64,000 nt of DNA from an uncultured Actinomycetes bacterium (GCA_963706075.1 CAVPLP010000002.1:432758-496757), one strand, 5' to 3'. Shown: positions 29,531-38,396, counted from the first letter of the stretch. Made by a program: numbers and translations. Notes: a model not told the origin generated them from the letters alone.

Positions 29531-30537
29531 GCCGGCGCCAGCCGGGACGCGCGGAACCGGTCGGCCTCGGGCGGAAGCGGCCGCCCCTGCGCCAGGTCGG
29601 CGATCAGCCTCCCGAGCAGGGGGCCGAACTTGAACGCATGCCCGCTGCAGCCGCCGCAGACGATCACGCCGTCGATCCTATCGAGGACGAAGTCGCCGTC
29701 GGGCGACATCGTGTAGAGGCAGGACTCCGAGTGCAGGGGACGCGGGTCGAGGCCGGGGAACATCCGCTTCACGTGCTCGGCGAGCCGGTCGGCGAGACGC
29801 TCGTCAACCGGCCGGTCGGAGCGGTCGGCGTCCCACGGGTCGGGCCGGGCGGCGTCCTCGCCGATCTTGTAGCCCGCGCCGGGCGCGATCAGGCCGTAGT
29901 GCAGGCGCCGATCGGGAGCGCCGTGGTCGATGACGCTCGGGCGGTCGTCGGGCGCCCCGGCGAAGTACGTGACCTGCTCGATCCGCGGCTGGAGCGGCAA
30001 GCCGAACATCGGCCCGAGCCACGAACCGGGGCACGCCACGATGACGTCGGCCTCGAGCTCGCGCGGATCGTCGACGAGCACGCCCTCGCGGACGTCGAGG
30101 CCCGAGGAGAGGGCCCGCAGCGCGTCGTCGGCCATGATCGCGCCGGCCTCGGCGTCCCACAGCGCCCGCTCCGGGAAGCGGGCTTCGGGGAAGCGCCGCT
30201 CGGCCTCGGCCGGCTCGAGCCACTCGTACGTCTCGCCGACCTCGTCCATCGCAGCGGCGTGCAGCTCGACGCCCTGGCCGTACTCCAGGAGCCCCGTCTG
30301 CCGCAGCGGGCACGGGTCGAGGCGGCGCCACTCCTCGATGGCGCGCAGCGAGAGGCGCAGGTAGTCGACCTCCCGGTAGCTGCGCCGGAAGATCCGCGAG
30401 CGGCCGTGCGACGACCCGAGCGGCGAGCCGGCCCGGTCGCGCTCGTAGACCGTCACGTCGAACCCGTCCTGGACGAGCGCGCGCGCGGCGCTCAGGCCGA
30501 TGACCCCCGCCCCGACGACGGCTGCGCGGTCAGGCAG
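29527..30537 (-). CDS. FAD-dependent oxidoreductase (sarcosine/D-amino-acid oxidase-like); start unresolved
   Basis: ORF 29527..30456 plus my in-frame upstream translation LPDRAAVVGAGVIGLSAARALVQDGFDVTVYE (the dinucleotide-binding GxGxxG). No ATG/GTG/TTG lies upstream of that motif, so 30537 is a CTG. Confidence 0.75.
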   Translation of the reverse strand: MPDRAAVVGAGVIGLSAARALVQDGFDVTVYERDRAGSPLGSSHGRSRIFRRSYREVDYLRLSLRAIEEWRRLDPCPLRQTGLLEYGQGVELHAAAMDEVGETYEWLEPAEAERRFPEARFPERALWDAEAGAIMADDALRALSSGLDVREGVLVDDPRELEADVIVACPGSWLGPMFGLPLQPRIEQVTYFAGAPDDRPSVIDHGAPDRRLHYGLIAPGAGYKIGEDAARPDPWDADRSDRPVDERLADRLAEHVKRMFPGLDPRPLHSESCLYTMSPDGDFVLDRIDGVIVCGGCSGHAFKFGPLLGRLIADLAQGRPLPPEADRFRASRLAPA

Positions 30538-30856
30538 CCGGCGCCACCATTCGGCCCAGCTCGCCCGTCTGGGCCAGCTCGGTCACGATGTCGCAGCCGC
30601 CGACGAGCTCGCCGTCCACGAAGAGCTGCGGGATGGTCGGCCAACCGGAGTGGGCCGAGAGCTGCTCGCGGATGCGCGGGTCGGGCAGGATGTCGATGGC
30701 CGCGAACTCGGCGCCGGCGGTGTGCAGGGCCTGGACAGTGCGGGCCGAGAACCCGCAGCGCGGGAAGTCCGGCGTGCCCTTCATGAAGAGCATCACGTGG
30801 TTCTGCGAGATCGCCTTCTGGATCTCCTCGCGAATCTGGTCGTCTGTGACGATCAT
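30530..30856 (-). CDS. grxD: Monothiol glutaredoxin (Grx4/GrxD family, CGFS)
   Basis: ATG at 30856 within ORF 30530..31087: VMLFMKGTPDFPRCGFSARTVQAL...WPTIPQLFVDGELVGGCDIV. Confidence 0.9.
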   Translation of the reverse strand: MIVTDDQIREEIQKAISQNHVMLFMKGTPDFPRCGFSARTVQALHTAGAEFAAIDILPDPRIREQLSAHSGWPTIPQLFVDGELVGGCDIVTELAQTGELGRMVAPAA

Positions 30857-31087
30857 GGCGCCTCCGTCTTGATCTGCAGTGCATGGATCGTGCCGTCGTC
30901 GAGCAGGTGCTGGACGGGCGCGTAGACCAGCTTGTGCTGGTCGATCAGCGACAGCCCGGAGAACCGGTCGGAGCGGATCCGCGTGGAGAGGTGGTCGTCG
31001 CCCGAGAAGGGCCACACCTCCACCTCGCTCGCCGGGGAACGCCTCCTCGAGGAGCCCGCGCACCTGGTCGGTCACTTGCACGCTCAA
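30853..31087 (-). CDS. bolA: BolA-family protein (frame change at ~31022-31032)
   Basis: MSVQVTDQVRGLLEEAFPG (ORF 30530..31087 frame), then my translation of the adjacent frame: ASEVEVWPFSGDDHLSTRIRSDRFSGLSLIDQHKLVYAPVQHLLDDGTIHALQIKTEAP. Its TGA overlaps the grx ATG (ATGA). Confidence 0.75.
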
Positions 31088-31177
31088 AGATTAGCGTCGT
31101 GTGTGTGCGGGCCTTCCGGGGCCCGCCCGTTCACGTAGTCTTCATGAGACCCAACCCAGGCCCGAAGGAGGGCCGAC

Positions 31178-31846
31178 ATGTACTACTGGTACATCCTGTT
31201 CGCAGTTCCGCCGCTCGTCCTCGGCCTCGCAGCGCAGGCATGGGTGAAGCGCGCGTTCGCCGAGGGCTCCAAGGTGGCGGCGTCGTCCGGGCTCACCGGC
31301 GCGCAGGTCAGCCGGCAGATGCTCGACTCCGGCGGACTCCAGAACGTGACCGTCGAGGGGATCGCCGGCCAGCTCTCAGACCACTACGACCCACGCGACA
31401 ACACGATGCGGCTCTCGGAGCCCGTCGGCAACTCCAACTCGGTCGCCGCGGTGGCGGTCGCCGCCCACGAGACCGGGCACGCGTTCCAGCATGCCCGCGG
31501 CGAGGCCGGCTTCCGGCTTCGCGGCTCGCTCGTGCCGGCCGCCGGGTTCGCGTCGCAGGCGTGGTTCCCGATCTTCCTGCTCGGGATCTTCATGCAGGCG
31601 TCGGGCCTCGCGCTCCTCGGCGTGGCGCTCTTCGCGGCGATCGTCCTGTTCCAGCTCGTGACGCTGCCGGTCGAGTTCGGCGCCAGCAGGAAGGCGATGG
31701 CGATGCTCTCCACCCAGGGCATCATCAGCCAGGCGCAGGTGCCGGTTGCCCGCAAGGTCCTGACCGCCGCCGCCCTGACCTACGTGGTCGGCGCCCTGGT
31801 CGCGATCTGGCAGCTCGCGCTGCTCTTCCTTCAGTCCCGCCGCTAG
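31178..31846 (+). CDS. Zinc metallopeptidase, YugP-like (Zn_peptidase_2) membrane protein
   Basis: 222-aa ORF: SDHYDPRDNTMRLSE...AVAAHETGHAFQH. GAAGGAGGG lies upstream. Confidence 0.8.
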   Translation: MYYWYILFAVPPLVLGLAAQAWVKRAFAEGSKVAASSGLTGAQVSRQMLDSGGLQNVTVEGIAGQLSDHYDPRDNTMRLSEPVGNSNSVAAVAVAAHETGHAFQHARGEAGFRLRGSLVPAAGFASQAWFPIFLLGIFMQASGLALLGVALFAAIVLFQLVTLPVEFGASRKAMAMLSTQGIISQAQVPVARKVLTAAALTYVVGALVAIWQLALLFLQSRR

Positions 31847-31857
31847 ACTCGCGGCCG

Positions 31858-32802
31858 ATGCCGCTTCCGCTCTCGCCCCCGGTCCTGCCGCAGCTCGCGC
31901 GGCCGGGGGCGGAGCTACCCGAGGGCGACGGATGGCTCTACGAGCCGAAGTGGGACGGCTTCCGGGCCATCGCCTTCGTCGACGGGGACGACGTCCACGT
32001 CCAGTCGCGAAACGGCAAGGCGCTCGGTCGCTACTTCCCCGAGCTGCGCTTTCCCGAGGGCCGCTACGTCCTCGACGGGGAGCTCGTCATCCGCACGCCG
32101 GAGGGCGGCGAGGACTTCGAGGCGCTCCAGGAGCGCATCCATCCGGCGGCCTCCCGAGTGGCGATGCTGGCCGAGAAGACGCCGGCCACATTCGTGGCGT
32201 TCGACATCCTCGCGCTCGATGACGAGTCGCTGCTCGAGCGGCCGTTCTCCGAGCGACGGCAGGTGCTCGAGCAGCACGTCTCGGACCCGGTTGAGCTGAC
32301 GCCGGCGACCGACTCGCCCGACGAGGCCCAGAAGTGGCTGCACGGCGCCGAGGGCGTCGTCGCCAAGCAGACCGGGGCGCCGTACCTGCCAGGCGAGCGC
32401 AAGGGCATGGTCAAGGTGCGGCGCACGCGCACGATCGACTGCGTCGTCATGGGCTGGCGGCCCGGAAAGGCAGAGGGCACGGTCGGCTCGCTGATCCTGG
32501 CGCTCTACGACGGCGACCAGCTGCGGCCGGTCGGCCACACATCCGGCTTCACCGCGGCCAGAGCACGCGAGCTGGTCGGCGTCGTGACGCCGTACGAGAC
32601 CGGCGAGCACGGGGCCAACGAGCCGAACCGCTGGAGCGCCGGCAAGGACGACCGTGAGTGGCGCGGCCTTCGCCCGGAGCTGGTCGTCGAGGTGACGTTC
32701 GACCACGTGAGCGGCCGCCGCATCCGCCACGGCACGCGCCTCGTCCGCTTCCGCGACGACAAGCCGCCGTCGGAGTGCCTGATCGCGCAGCTCGACTCCT
32801 AG
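31858..32802 (+). CDS. ATP-dependent DNA ligase (short LigC-like form)
   Basis: ATG at 31858 within ORF 30883..32802. Adenylation motif I YEPKWDGFRA, then LDGELV, FVAFDIL, EGVVAK, and MVKVRR. Confidence 0.9.
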   Translation: MPLPLSPPVLPQLARPGAELPEGDGWLYEPKWDGFRAIAFVDGDDVHVQSRNGKALGRYFPELRFPEGRYVLDGELVIRTPEGGEDFEALQERIHPAASRVAMLAEKTPATFVAFDILALDDESLLERPFSERRQVLEQHVSDPVELTPATDSPDEAQKWLHGAEGVVAKQTGAPYLPGERKGMVKVRRTRTIDCVVMGWRPGKAEGTVGSLILALYDGDQLRPVGHTSGFTAARARELVGVVTPYETGEHGANEPNRWSAGKDDREWRGLRPELVVEVTFDHVSGRRIRHGTRLVRFRDDKPPSECLIAQLDS

Positions 32803-32839
32803 CTGAAAAAACGGTGCCAGGCACCAATTTTCACCTCAG
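32803..32839. repeat. Palindromic element copy 4 (CTGAAAAAACGGTGCCAGGCACCAATTTTCACCTCAG)
   Basis: Starts 1 nt after the ligase stop and overlaps the convergent proS stop (32836-32838). Confidence 0.85.
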
Positions 32840-34260
32840 TAGGCCTGACCCCAGGTGGCCAGCTCCGTGCCGCGTTGGCCGCACACGGGGCAGGGGCCGC
32901 CGGGATCCTCCGGTTCGAGGGTCAGGCAGCGGATCGTGGCTGACGTCTGGGCCTTGACCGCTGACTCGCACTCGGCCGAGCCGCACCAGGCTGTGACGGC
33001 GAACCCTTGCGCCTCGGAGAGGAACTCCATCATCTCCTCGCGCTCGGCGATCCGCCGCGTGTGACGGTCGCGGAAGCTCCGCGCATCGGCCAGGAGGCCG
33101 ACCTGAATGTCGCGCAGCACGTCGTCGATCCGTGCGGGCACCGCGTCGCGTGGCACCTCCTCTCGGACATCGCCGTCGCGTCGCACCAGCGTGACATGGC
33201 CGCCGGCCAGGTCGCGGGCGCCGACCTCCAGCCGCACCGGCGCGCCCTTCAGCTCCCACTCGAAGAACTTGGCCCCGGGGCGCACGTGCTGCCGCTCGTC
33301 GAGCTTGACCCGCACGCCGGCATCGCGCAGCTCCGCGGCCATCGCGGCAGCAGCCTCTGCCACCTCTGAGCGCTCGGGGGTGATCGGCACGATCACGACC
33401 TGATGGGGCGCGACGGCGGGTGGGAGCTTCAGTCCGCGGCTGTCGCCGTGAGACATGACCACGCCGCCGACGAGTCGTGAGCTGGCGCCCCACGAGGCGG
33501 CGAAGGGATGGTGCTGCGCGCCGTCGCGACCGGTGTACGAGACGCCGTAGGCCCGCGCGAACTCGTCGCCGAGGTAGTGCGACGTGGCCGCCTGCAGGGC
33601 CTTTCGGTCGCGCATCATCGCTTCGGTGGTGAACGTCTCCCGGGCGCCGGGGAACCGCTCACGTGCGCTCTTGCGCCCGGGTAGCACCGGCATCGCCAGC
33701 ACCGACTCCTGCACGTCGACATACACCCGATGCAGGATCGTCAGGGACTCTGCGATCGCCTCGGCGGCAGTCTCGTGCGCGGTGTGGCCCTCCTGCCAGA
33801 GGAACTCGGTCGTGCGCAGGAAGAGCCGGGGCCGCAGCTCCCACCGCACCGCGTTGGCCCACTGGTTGTAGAGCAGGGGCAGATCGCGGTAGGACTGGAT
33901 CCAGCGCGCATACGTGCTCCAGATGGTTGCCTCGGACGTGGGCCGAACCACGAGAGGCTCGTCGAGCACCGATCCGCCCGCCTCGGTCACGACCGCGACC
34001 TCCGGCGCGAACCCCTCGACGAGGTCGCCCTCTCTGGCGAGCACCGACTGTGGAATCAGCAGCGGGAAGTAGACGTTCTCGTGGCCGGTGGCCTTGATCC
34101 GGTCGTCGAGCTCGCGCTGGAGGAGCTCCCAGATCGCATACCCGTACGGCCTGATCACCATCGAGCCGCGGACGGCGGAGTGCTCGGCGAGCTCCGCGCG
34201 GCGGACGACGTCCGAATACCAGGCGGGAAAGTCCAGTTCGAATGAGGCGAGCGTGTTCAT
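32836..34260 (-). CDS. proS: Proline--tRNA ligase (archaeal/eukaryote-like short type)
   Basis: 474-aa ORF: FPAWYSDVVRRAELAEHSAVRGSMVIRPYGYAIWE...RPTSEATI...FLRTTEFLWQEGHTAH...C-terminal zinc-ribbon-like CGSAECE...CPVCG. Confidence 0.95.
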   Translation of the reverse strand: MNTLASFELDFPAWYSDVVRRAELAEHSAVRGSMVIRPYGYAIWELLQRELDDRIKATGHENVYFPLLIPQSVLAREGDLVEGFAPEVAVVTEAGGSVLDEPLVVRPTSEATIWSTYARWIQSYRDLPLLYNQWANAVRWELRPRLFLRTTEFLWQEGHTAHETAAEAIAESLTILHRVYVDVQESVLAMPVLPGRKSARERFPGARETFTTEAMMRDRKALQAATSHYLGDEFARAYGVSYTGRDGAQHHPFAASWGASSRLVGGVVMSHGDSRGLKLPPAVAPHQVVIVPITPERSEVAEAAAAMAAELRDAGVRVKLDERQHVRPGAKFFEWELKGAPVRLEVGARDLAGGHVTLVRRDGDVREEVPRDAVPARIDDVLRDIQVGLLADARSFRDRHTRRIAEREEMMEFLSEAQGFAVTAWCGSAECESAVKAQTSATIRCLTLEPEDPGGPCPVCGQRGTELATWGQAY

Positions 34261-34446
34261 GGCGCATCCAGTTCTCGGCGTTGACGAAGGGCGTCGTTCG
34301 TCACGGCGTTCCGGGCGGTGTGCCGGGAACGCCTACGCCGGGATGCGCGGCAGCACGAGGGCGACAGGGCCACGAGTGTGGGTGGTGTCGCGTCGAGCAA
34401 GCATGCGACGGAGGCTAGCAAACAGGGCTCGGCCCTCCGAAGCCGC

Positions 34447-34475
34447 GCAACATTGGGGTCTGACCCCGTTGTTGC
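34447..34475. repeat. Palindromic element copy 5 (GCAACATTGGGGTCTGACCCCGTTGTTGC)
   Basis: Exact inverted copy of 11015-11043. Lies in the divergent region between proS and the TPP riboswitch. Confidence 0.85.
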
Positions 34476-34489
34476 ACTAAACTGCCGTC

Positions 34490-34588
34490 GAGCGTTTGCC
34501 GGGGAGCCCCGCAGGGGCTGAGAGGGTGCCGCAGAGGCGCCGACCCGCGAACCTGATCTGGGTAATGCCAGCGAAGGGATGCACGCAA
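34490..34588 (+). promoter_or_regulatory. TPP (THI-box) riboswitch
   Basis: GGGGAGCCCCGCAGGGGCUGAGAGGGUGCCGCAGAGGCGCCGACCCGCGAACCUGAUCUGGGUAAUGCCAGCGAAGGGA carries the hallmark CUGAGA, ACCUGAUCUGG-UAAU-CCAGCG and AGGGA blocks. It is followed directly by an ABC importer operon. Confidence 0.85.
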
Positions 34589-35294
34589 GTGAGCGAGGTC
34601 GTCGTCACCGACGTGACGAAGAGCTACGGGCCTGTCGAGGCGCTGGGCGGCGTGAGCCTCCGCGCCGGCGCGGGCGAGACCGTCGGGCTCGTGGGGCGCA
34701 GCGGCTGCGGGAAGTCGACGCTGCTTCGCATGATCGCGGGCCTCGACGCCACGGACGTCGGCCGGATCACGGTCGGCGGAGCCGACGACGAGCGCGGCCG
34801 CCTGGAGCACTGTGCCCTCATGCCGCAGGCCGACCTCCTGATGCCCTGGCGCGACGCTGTCGGGAACGCGTCGATCCCGCTCGAGAACGCGGGCGTCGAC
34901 CGGAGCGAGGCACGCCGGCGGGCGGCGGAGCTCTTCGCTGAGCTCGGGCTCGACGGCTTCGAGCGGGCACGATCGTGGGAGCTCTCGGGCGGGATGCGCC
35001 AGCGGGTCGCGTTCGCGCGCACGCTCCTCGCCGAGAAGCCCGTGCTCCTCCTCGACGAGCCCTTCGGCGCGCTCGACGCCATCACGCGCACCGAGATGCA
35101 GGAGTGGCTCGCCGGCGCGCTCCACGCCCGGCCGCGAACAACCGTCCTCGTGACCCACGACCTGGACGAGGCGCTGCGATTGTGTGACCGCGTGGTCGTC
35201 CTGACCGCCCGGCCCGGCCGCGTCGCCTGCGAGCTCGACGGCGCCGGGCCCGGCCGAGTCCGCCCGCGAGCAGGCCCTGGAGACGCTTCGATGA
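34589..35294 (+). CDS. ABC transporter ATP-binding protein, ThiZ-like (frame change at ~35236-35255)
   Basis: GTG at 34589. Walker A GRSGCGKST, signature LSGGMRQR, Walker B LLLDEP. In the +1 frame the end reads ...PAESAREQALETLR with its TGA overlapping the permease ATG (ATGA at 35291-35294). Confidence 0.85.
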
Positions 35295-36040
35295 GCCGCC
35301 CGCGAATCGGCTGGGCTGTCGCCCTCCTCGCGATCCTGGCCGCCTGGCAGGCCTGGGTGCGCCTGCGCGATGTGCCCGACTACCTGCTGCCCGCCCCGAC
35401 CGACATCCTGAACGCCCTGTGGGACGACCGGAGCAGGCTCGCAACCGACGCCGCGCACACCGCGGGCGAGATGCTCGCCGGCTTCGCCGCGGCGGTCGGG
35501 TTCGGCCTCGTGTCCGCCGCCGCCCTGCACTTCTCGGCGACGCTCCGCCGAGCCGTCTACCCCCTCCTCGTCGCCTCGCAGAGCGTGCCTGTCGTGGCGA
35601 TCGCGCCGGTCCTCGTCATCTACCTCGGCTTCGGGCTCGCGCCCAAGGTCGTGATCGTGGCGCTGGTCTGCTTCTTCCCGGTGACGGTGAACGCGCTCGA
35701 CGGCCTGCGCTCGGTCGACCCCGAATACCTGCGCGTGATGCGCACTCTGCGGGCCTCGCGGGCGGCGACCTTCCGCCGCGTCGAGGTGCCGTGGGCGCTG
35801 CCGTCCGCGTTCTCGGGCGCCCGCGTGGCGGCGTCCTACGCCGCCGTCGCAGCCCTCTTCGCCGAGTACGCGGGAGGCTCGTCGGGCCTCGGCGAGACCA
35901 TGCAGACCGCAACCGCGCAGCTCGACGCTCCTCTGGTCGGCGCGGCGGTCGTCGTGCTCGCGGCGCTGGCGCTCGCGCTCTTCGCGGCCGTCTCGATCGC
36001 CGAGCGAGTGGCGATCCCCTGGGCGAGGCGGGGAGCGTGA
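35291..36040 (+). CDS. ABC transporter permease, ThiX-like
   Basis: MSRPRIGWAVALLAILAAW... polytopic with an EAA-like loop (RTLRASRAATFRRVEVPWALP). GTGA overlap with the next gene. Confidence 0.85.
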   Translation: MSRPRIGWAVALLAILAAWQAWVRLRDVPDYLLPAPTDILNALWDDRSRLATDAAHTAGEMLAGFAAAVGFGLVSAAALHFSATLRRAVYPLLVASQSVPVVAIAPVLVIYLGFGLAPKVVIVALVCFFPVTVNALDGLRSVDPEYLRVMRTLRASRAATFRRVEVPWALPSAFSGARVAASYAAVAALFAEYAGGSSGLGETMQTATAQLDAPLVGAAVVVLAALALALFAAVSIAERVAIPWARRGA

Positions 36041-36999
36041 GGCTCCGCGCCGTGGCGGTCGCGACCCTGCTCCTCGCCGCTGCCTGCGGCGGGTCGTCGC
36101 CACCGAACGCGTCGCCACGCGAGGACGTGACGCTCGTGCTCGACTGGGTCCCGAACCCCGACCACGTGGGGATCTACGCGGCGATGGACAAGGGCTTCTT
36201 CGCGCGAAACGGCCTCACGGTCACGCCGCGGCCGCCGTCAGGCGTGTCGGACGCGCTGACGCTCGTGGGGGCCGGCCGGGCCGACGTGGGCATCTCGTAC
36301 GAGCCGGAGCTCTTCTTCGCGCAGGAGCACCACGCGCCCGTCGCGGCGGTCGCCACCGTCGTGCCGACTGCGCTCGCCTCGATCATCGCCGCCGGATCGA
36401 GCGGCATCCGCACGCCGGCCGACCTGCGCGGGAAGACGATCGGCGTGGACGGCACCCAGAGCACCGCCGCCTTCGTCGACAAGGTGCTCGCGAGCGCCGG
36501 CCTCGGCGCCGGCGACGTCCATCTCGTCGACGTCAAGTTCAACCAGGTCCCGGCACTCCTCGGCCACAAGGTCGATGCGGTCGCCGGCGTGTTCCAGAAC
36601 ATCGAAGGAGTGCTCTTCGCCATGCGCGGCCTGCACCCGGTCGTCTTCCCGTACGACCGCTACGGCGTGCCGCCATACGACGAGCTGGTGGTCGTCGCGA
36701 ACGCCGACCGGCTGCGCGACGACACGGCCTACCGCGCCACGGTGCGGCGGTTCGTCGCCGGCCTCGCCGCCGGCACGGACTGGGCCAAGGCCCACCCCGA
36801 TGCCGCGGTCGCGGTGATGCGCGGACATTCCGCCGACGACTACCGGAACGTCCTCGAGCAGAGCGTCCCCGCCACCCTCCGCCTGCTCGGCACCGGCCCG
36901 CCGCCCGAGGTCGCGTGGGCCCGGTTCGGCGCGTGGATGTTCAGGTCGGGTCTGCTGGACGCCAGGCCGGACGCGGCGGCTCTCATAGCCCAGCCCTAG
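36037..36999 (+). CDS. ABC substrate-binding lipoprotein, NMT1/THI5-like (ThiY-like)
   Basis: GTG at 36037 within ORF 35419..36999. Lipobox LLLAAACGG, then TLVLDWVPNPDHVGIYAAMDKGFFARNGL. Confidence 0.85.
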   Translation: MRLRAVAVATLLLAAACGGSSPPNASPREDVTLVLDWVPNPDHVGIYAAMDKGFFARNGLTVTPRPPSGVSDALTLVGAGRADVGISYEPELFFAQEHHAPVAAVATVVPTALASIIAAGSSGIRTPADLRGKTIGVDGTQSTAAFVDKVLASAGLGAGDVHLVDVKFNQVPALLGHKVDAVAGVFQNIEGVLFAMRGLHPVVFPYDRYGVPPYDELVVVANADRLRDDTAYRATVRRFVAGLAAGTDWAKAHPDAAVAVMRGHSADDYRNVLEQSVPATLRLLGTGPPPEVAWARFGAWMFRSGLLDARPDAAALIAQP

Positions 37000-37010
37000 A
37001 CTTCGGGCAG

Positions 37011-37550
37011 ATGGATTCGCTCAAGGGCCAGCTCCTGATCGCCGCGCCGATGCTCGTCGATCCGAACTTCCACCGCACCGTGGTGCTGATCATGGAGCAC
37101 ACCGACGAGGGCGCGCTCGGCGTGGTGCTGAACCGCCCGACCGAGCTCCCGGTCGGCGAGGCCGTGCCCGACCTCGCGGAGCTCGCCGACGGCGATCCGG
37201 TGTTCGCGGGCGGCCCGGTGCAGCCTCAGGCCGTGATCGCCCTCGCCGAGCACACCGGCCCGGTCGGCGAGGAGGCCGTGTGCGGCCCGATCGCCCCCAT
37301 ACAGGTGTCGGACGACATCGACGACATCGGAGGCCACGTCGCCCGCGTCCGCGTGTTCGCCGGCTACGCGGGCTGGGGCGAGGGACAGCTCGACGACGAG
37401 CTCGCCGAGGAGGCCTGGTTCACCGAGCCGGCACTCCCCGGAGACATCTTCGCGGGCGACACCGACGGCCTCTGGCGACGCGTCCTCGAGCGCAAGGGCG
37501 GCGAGTTCACGCTCGTGGCGCGGATGCCGCCCGACCCGTCGCAGAACTAG
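37011..37550 (+). CDS. YqgE/AlgH-family protein (UPF0301)
   Basis: ATG at 37011 within ORF 36915..37550: LKGQLLIAAPMLVDPNFHRTVVLIMEHTDEGALGVVLNRP...GYAGWGEGQLDDE. Confidence 0.85.
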   Translation: MDSLKGQLLIAAPMLVDPNFHRTVVLIMEHTDEGALGVVLNRPTELPVGEAVPDLAELADGDPVFAGGPVQPQAVIALAEHTGPVGEEAVCGPIAPIQVSDDIDDIGGHVARVRVFAGYAGWGEGQLDDELAEEAWFTEPALPGDIFAGDTDGLWRRVLERKGGEFTLVARMPPDPSQN

Positions 37551-37580
37551 CGGCCGCAACCGTTCGAAAGGGGTCGGCGG

Positions 37581-38396
37581 TTGGCGGAGCCCGGTGAGCG
37601 GCGGCTACGATCCGCCCGTTCCGTGGCAACGATCGCCGACATTGACGAGCTCCATCTGACGTCTCCGGCCATGGACGGCCCGCAGGTGCGGCGGGCGCAG
37701 CGGGCGCTCCTGCACAACCCGTACGGGACGTTCGACCCCGGCCCGCTCGACGGCGTGTACGGCGAGAGGACAGCCGCAGCGGTGCGCCGGGCGAAGTACT
37801 GGATGGGCTTCCCCGAGCAGAAGATCGACCAGGTGTGCGGGTCGGACCTGCTCACGCTGCTCGCCGAGGAGTCGCCGCTCTCGTCGTCGCTCAAGTCGAT
37901 GCGGACGCGCCGGCTGAGGCGGGCCGAGGATGCCCAGCTGTGGGGCGCTGCCTACGATGCCGCGGTCTCGTGCGTCGGCGACCGCGAGGAGCCGCCGGGC
38001 AGCCATCGGTGCGACTTCACCGAGTGGTACGGGGTTCCCGGGCCGTGGTGCGCGATGTTCGTGTCGTGGTGCTTCGTCCAGGCCGGCTCGACGGCGTTCG
38101 AGCCCGGGCGTCACTACTCGTACGTCCCACACCTGATGAACGACGCCCAGCGCGGCGCCAACTCGCTCTCGATCACGCGCACGCCGCTCAACGCCGATCT
38201 GGCCGTCTTCGACCTCGACGGCGACGGCGTGCCCGACCACATCGGGATGTTCGACCGCTGGCTCGACGCGGGCGAGACCCGCTACCAGACCGTCGAGGGC
38301 AACGTCTCGCTCTCGGGCGAGCCGAACGGCGGCCGGGTGCTCCAGCGCGAGCGCCACCGGGCCCAGACGTTCGCGTTCGTGCACGTGCGCGGCTGA
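37581..38396 (+). CDS. Peptidoglycan-binding domain + CHAP-domain cell-wall hydrolase
   Basis: 271-aa ORF with a PG_binding_1-like part (GPQVRRAQRALL...DGVYGERTAAAVRRAKYWMGF). The CHAP-like part has Cys in PGPWCAMFVSWCF and His in VPDHIGMF. Start (TTG 37581 or GTG 37623) is uncertain. Confidence 0.75.
   Translation: MAEPGERRLRSARSVATIADIDELHLTSPAMDGPQVRRAQRALLHNPYGTFDPGPLDGVYGERTAAAVRRAKYWMGFPEQKIDQVCGSDLLTLLAEESPLSSSLKSMRTRRLRRAEDAQLWGAAYDAAVSCVGDREEPPGSHRCDFTEWYGVPGPWCAMFVSWCFVQAGSTAFEPGRHYSYVPHLMNDAQRGANSLSITRTPLNADLAVFDLDGDGVPDHIGMFDRWLDAGETRYQTVEGNVSLSGEPNGGRVLQRERHRAQTFAFVHVRG

Noticed and set aside
34496-36040. Apparent single 514-aa ABC ATPase-permease fusion protein.
   Set aside because: In the +1 frame the ATPase ends ...AESAREQALETLR, with its TGA overlapping the permease ATG in a classic ATGA junction at 35291-35294. 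One indel at ~35245 explains the 'fusion'.
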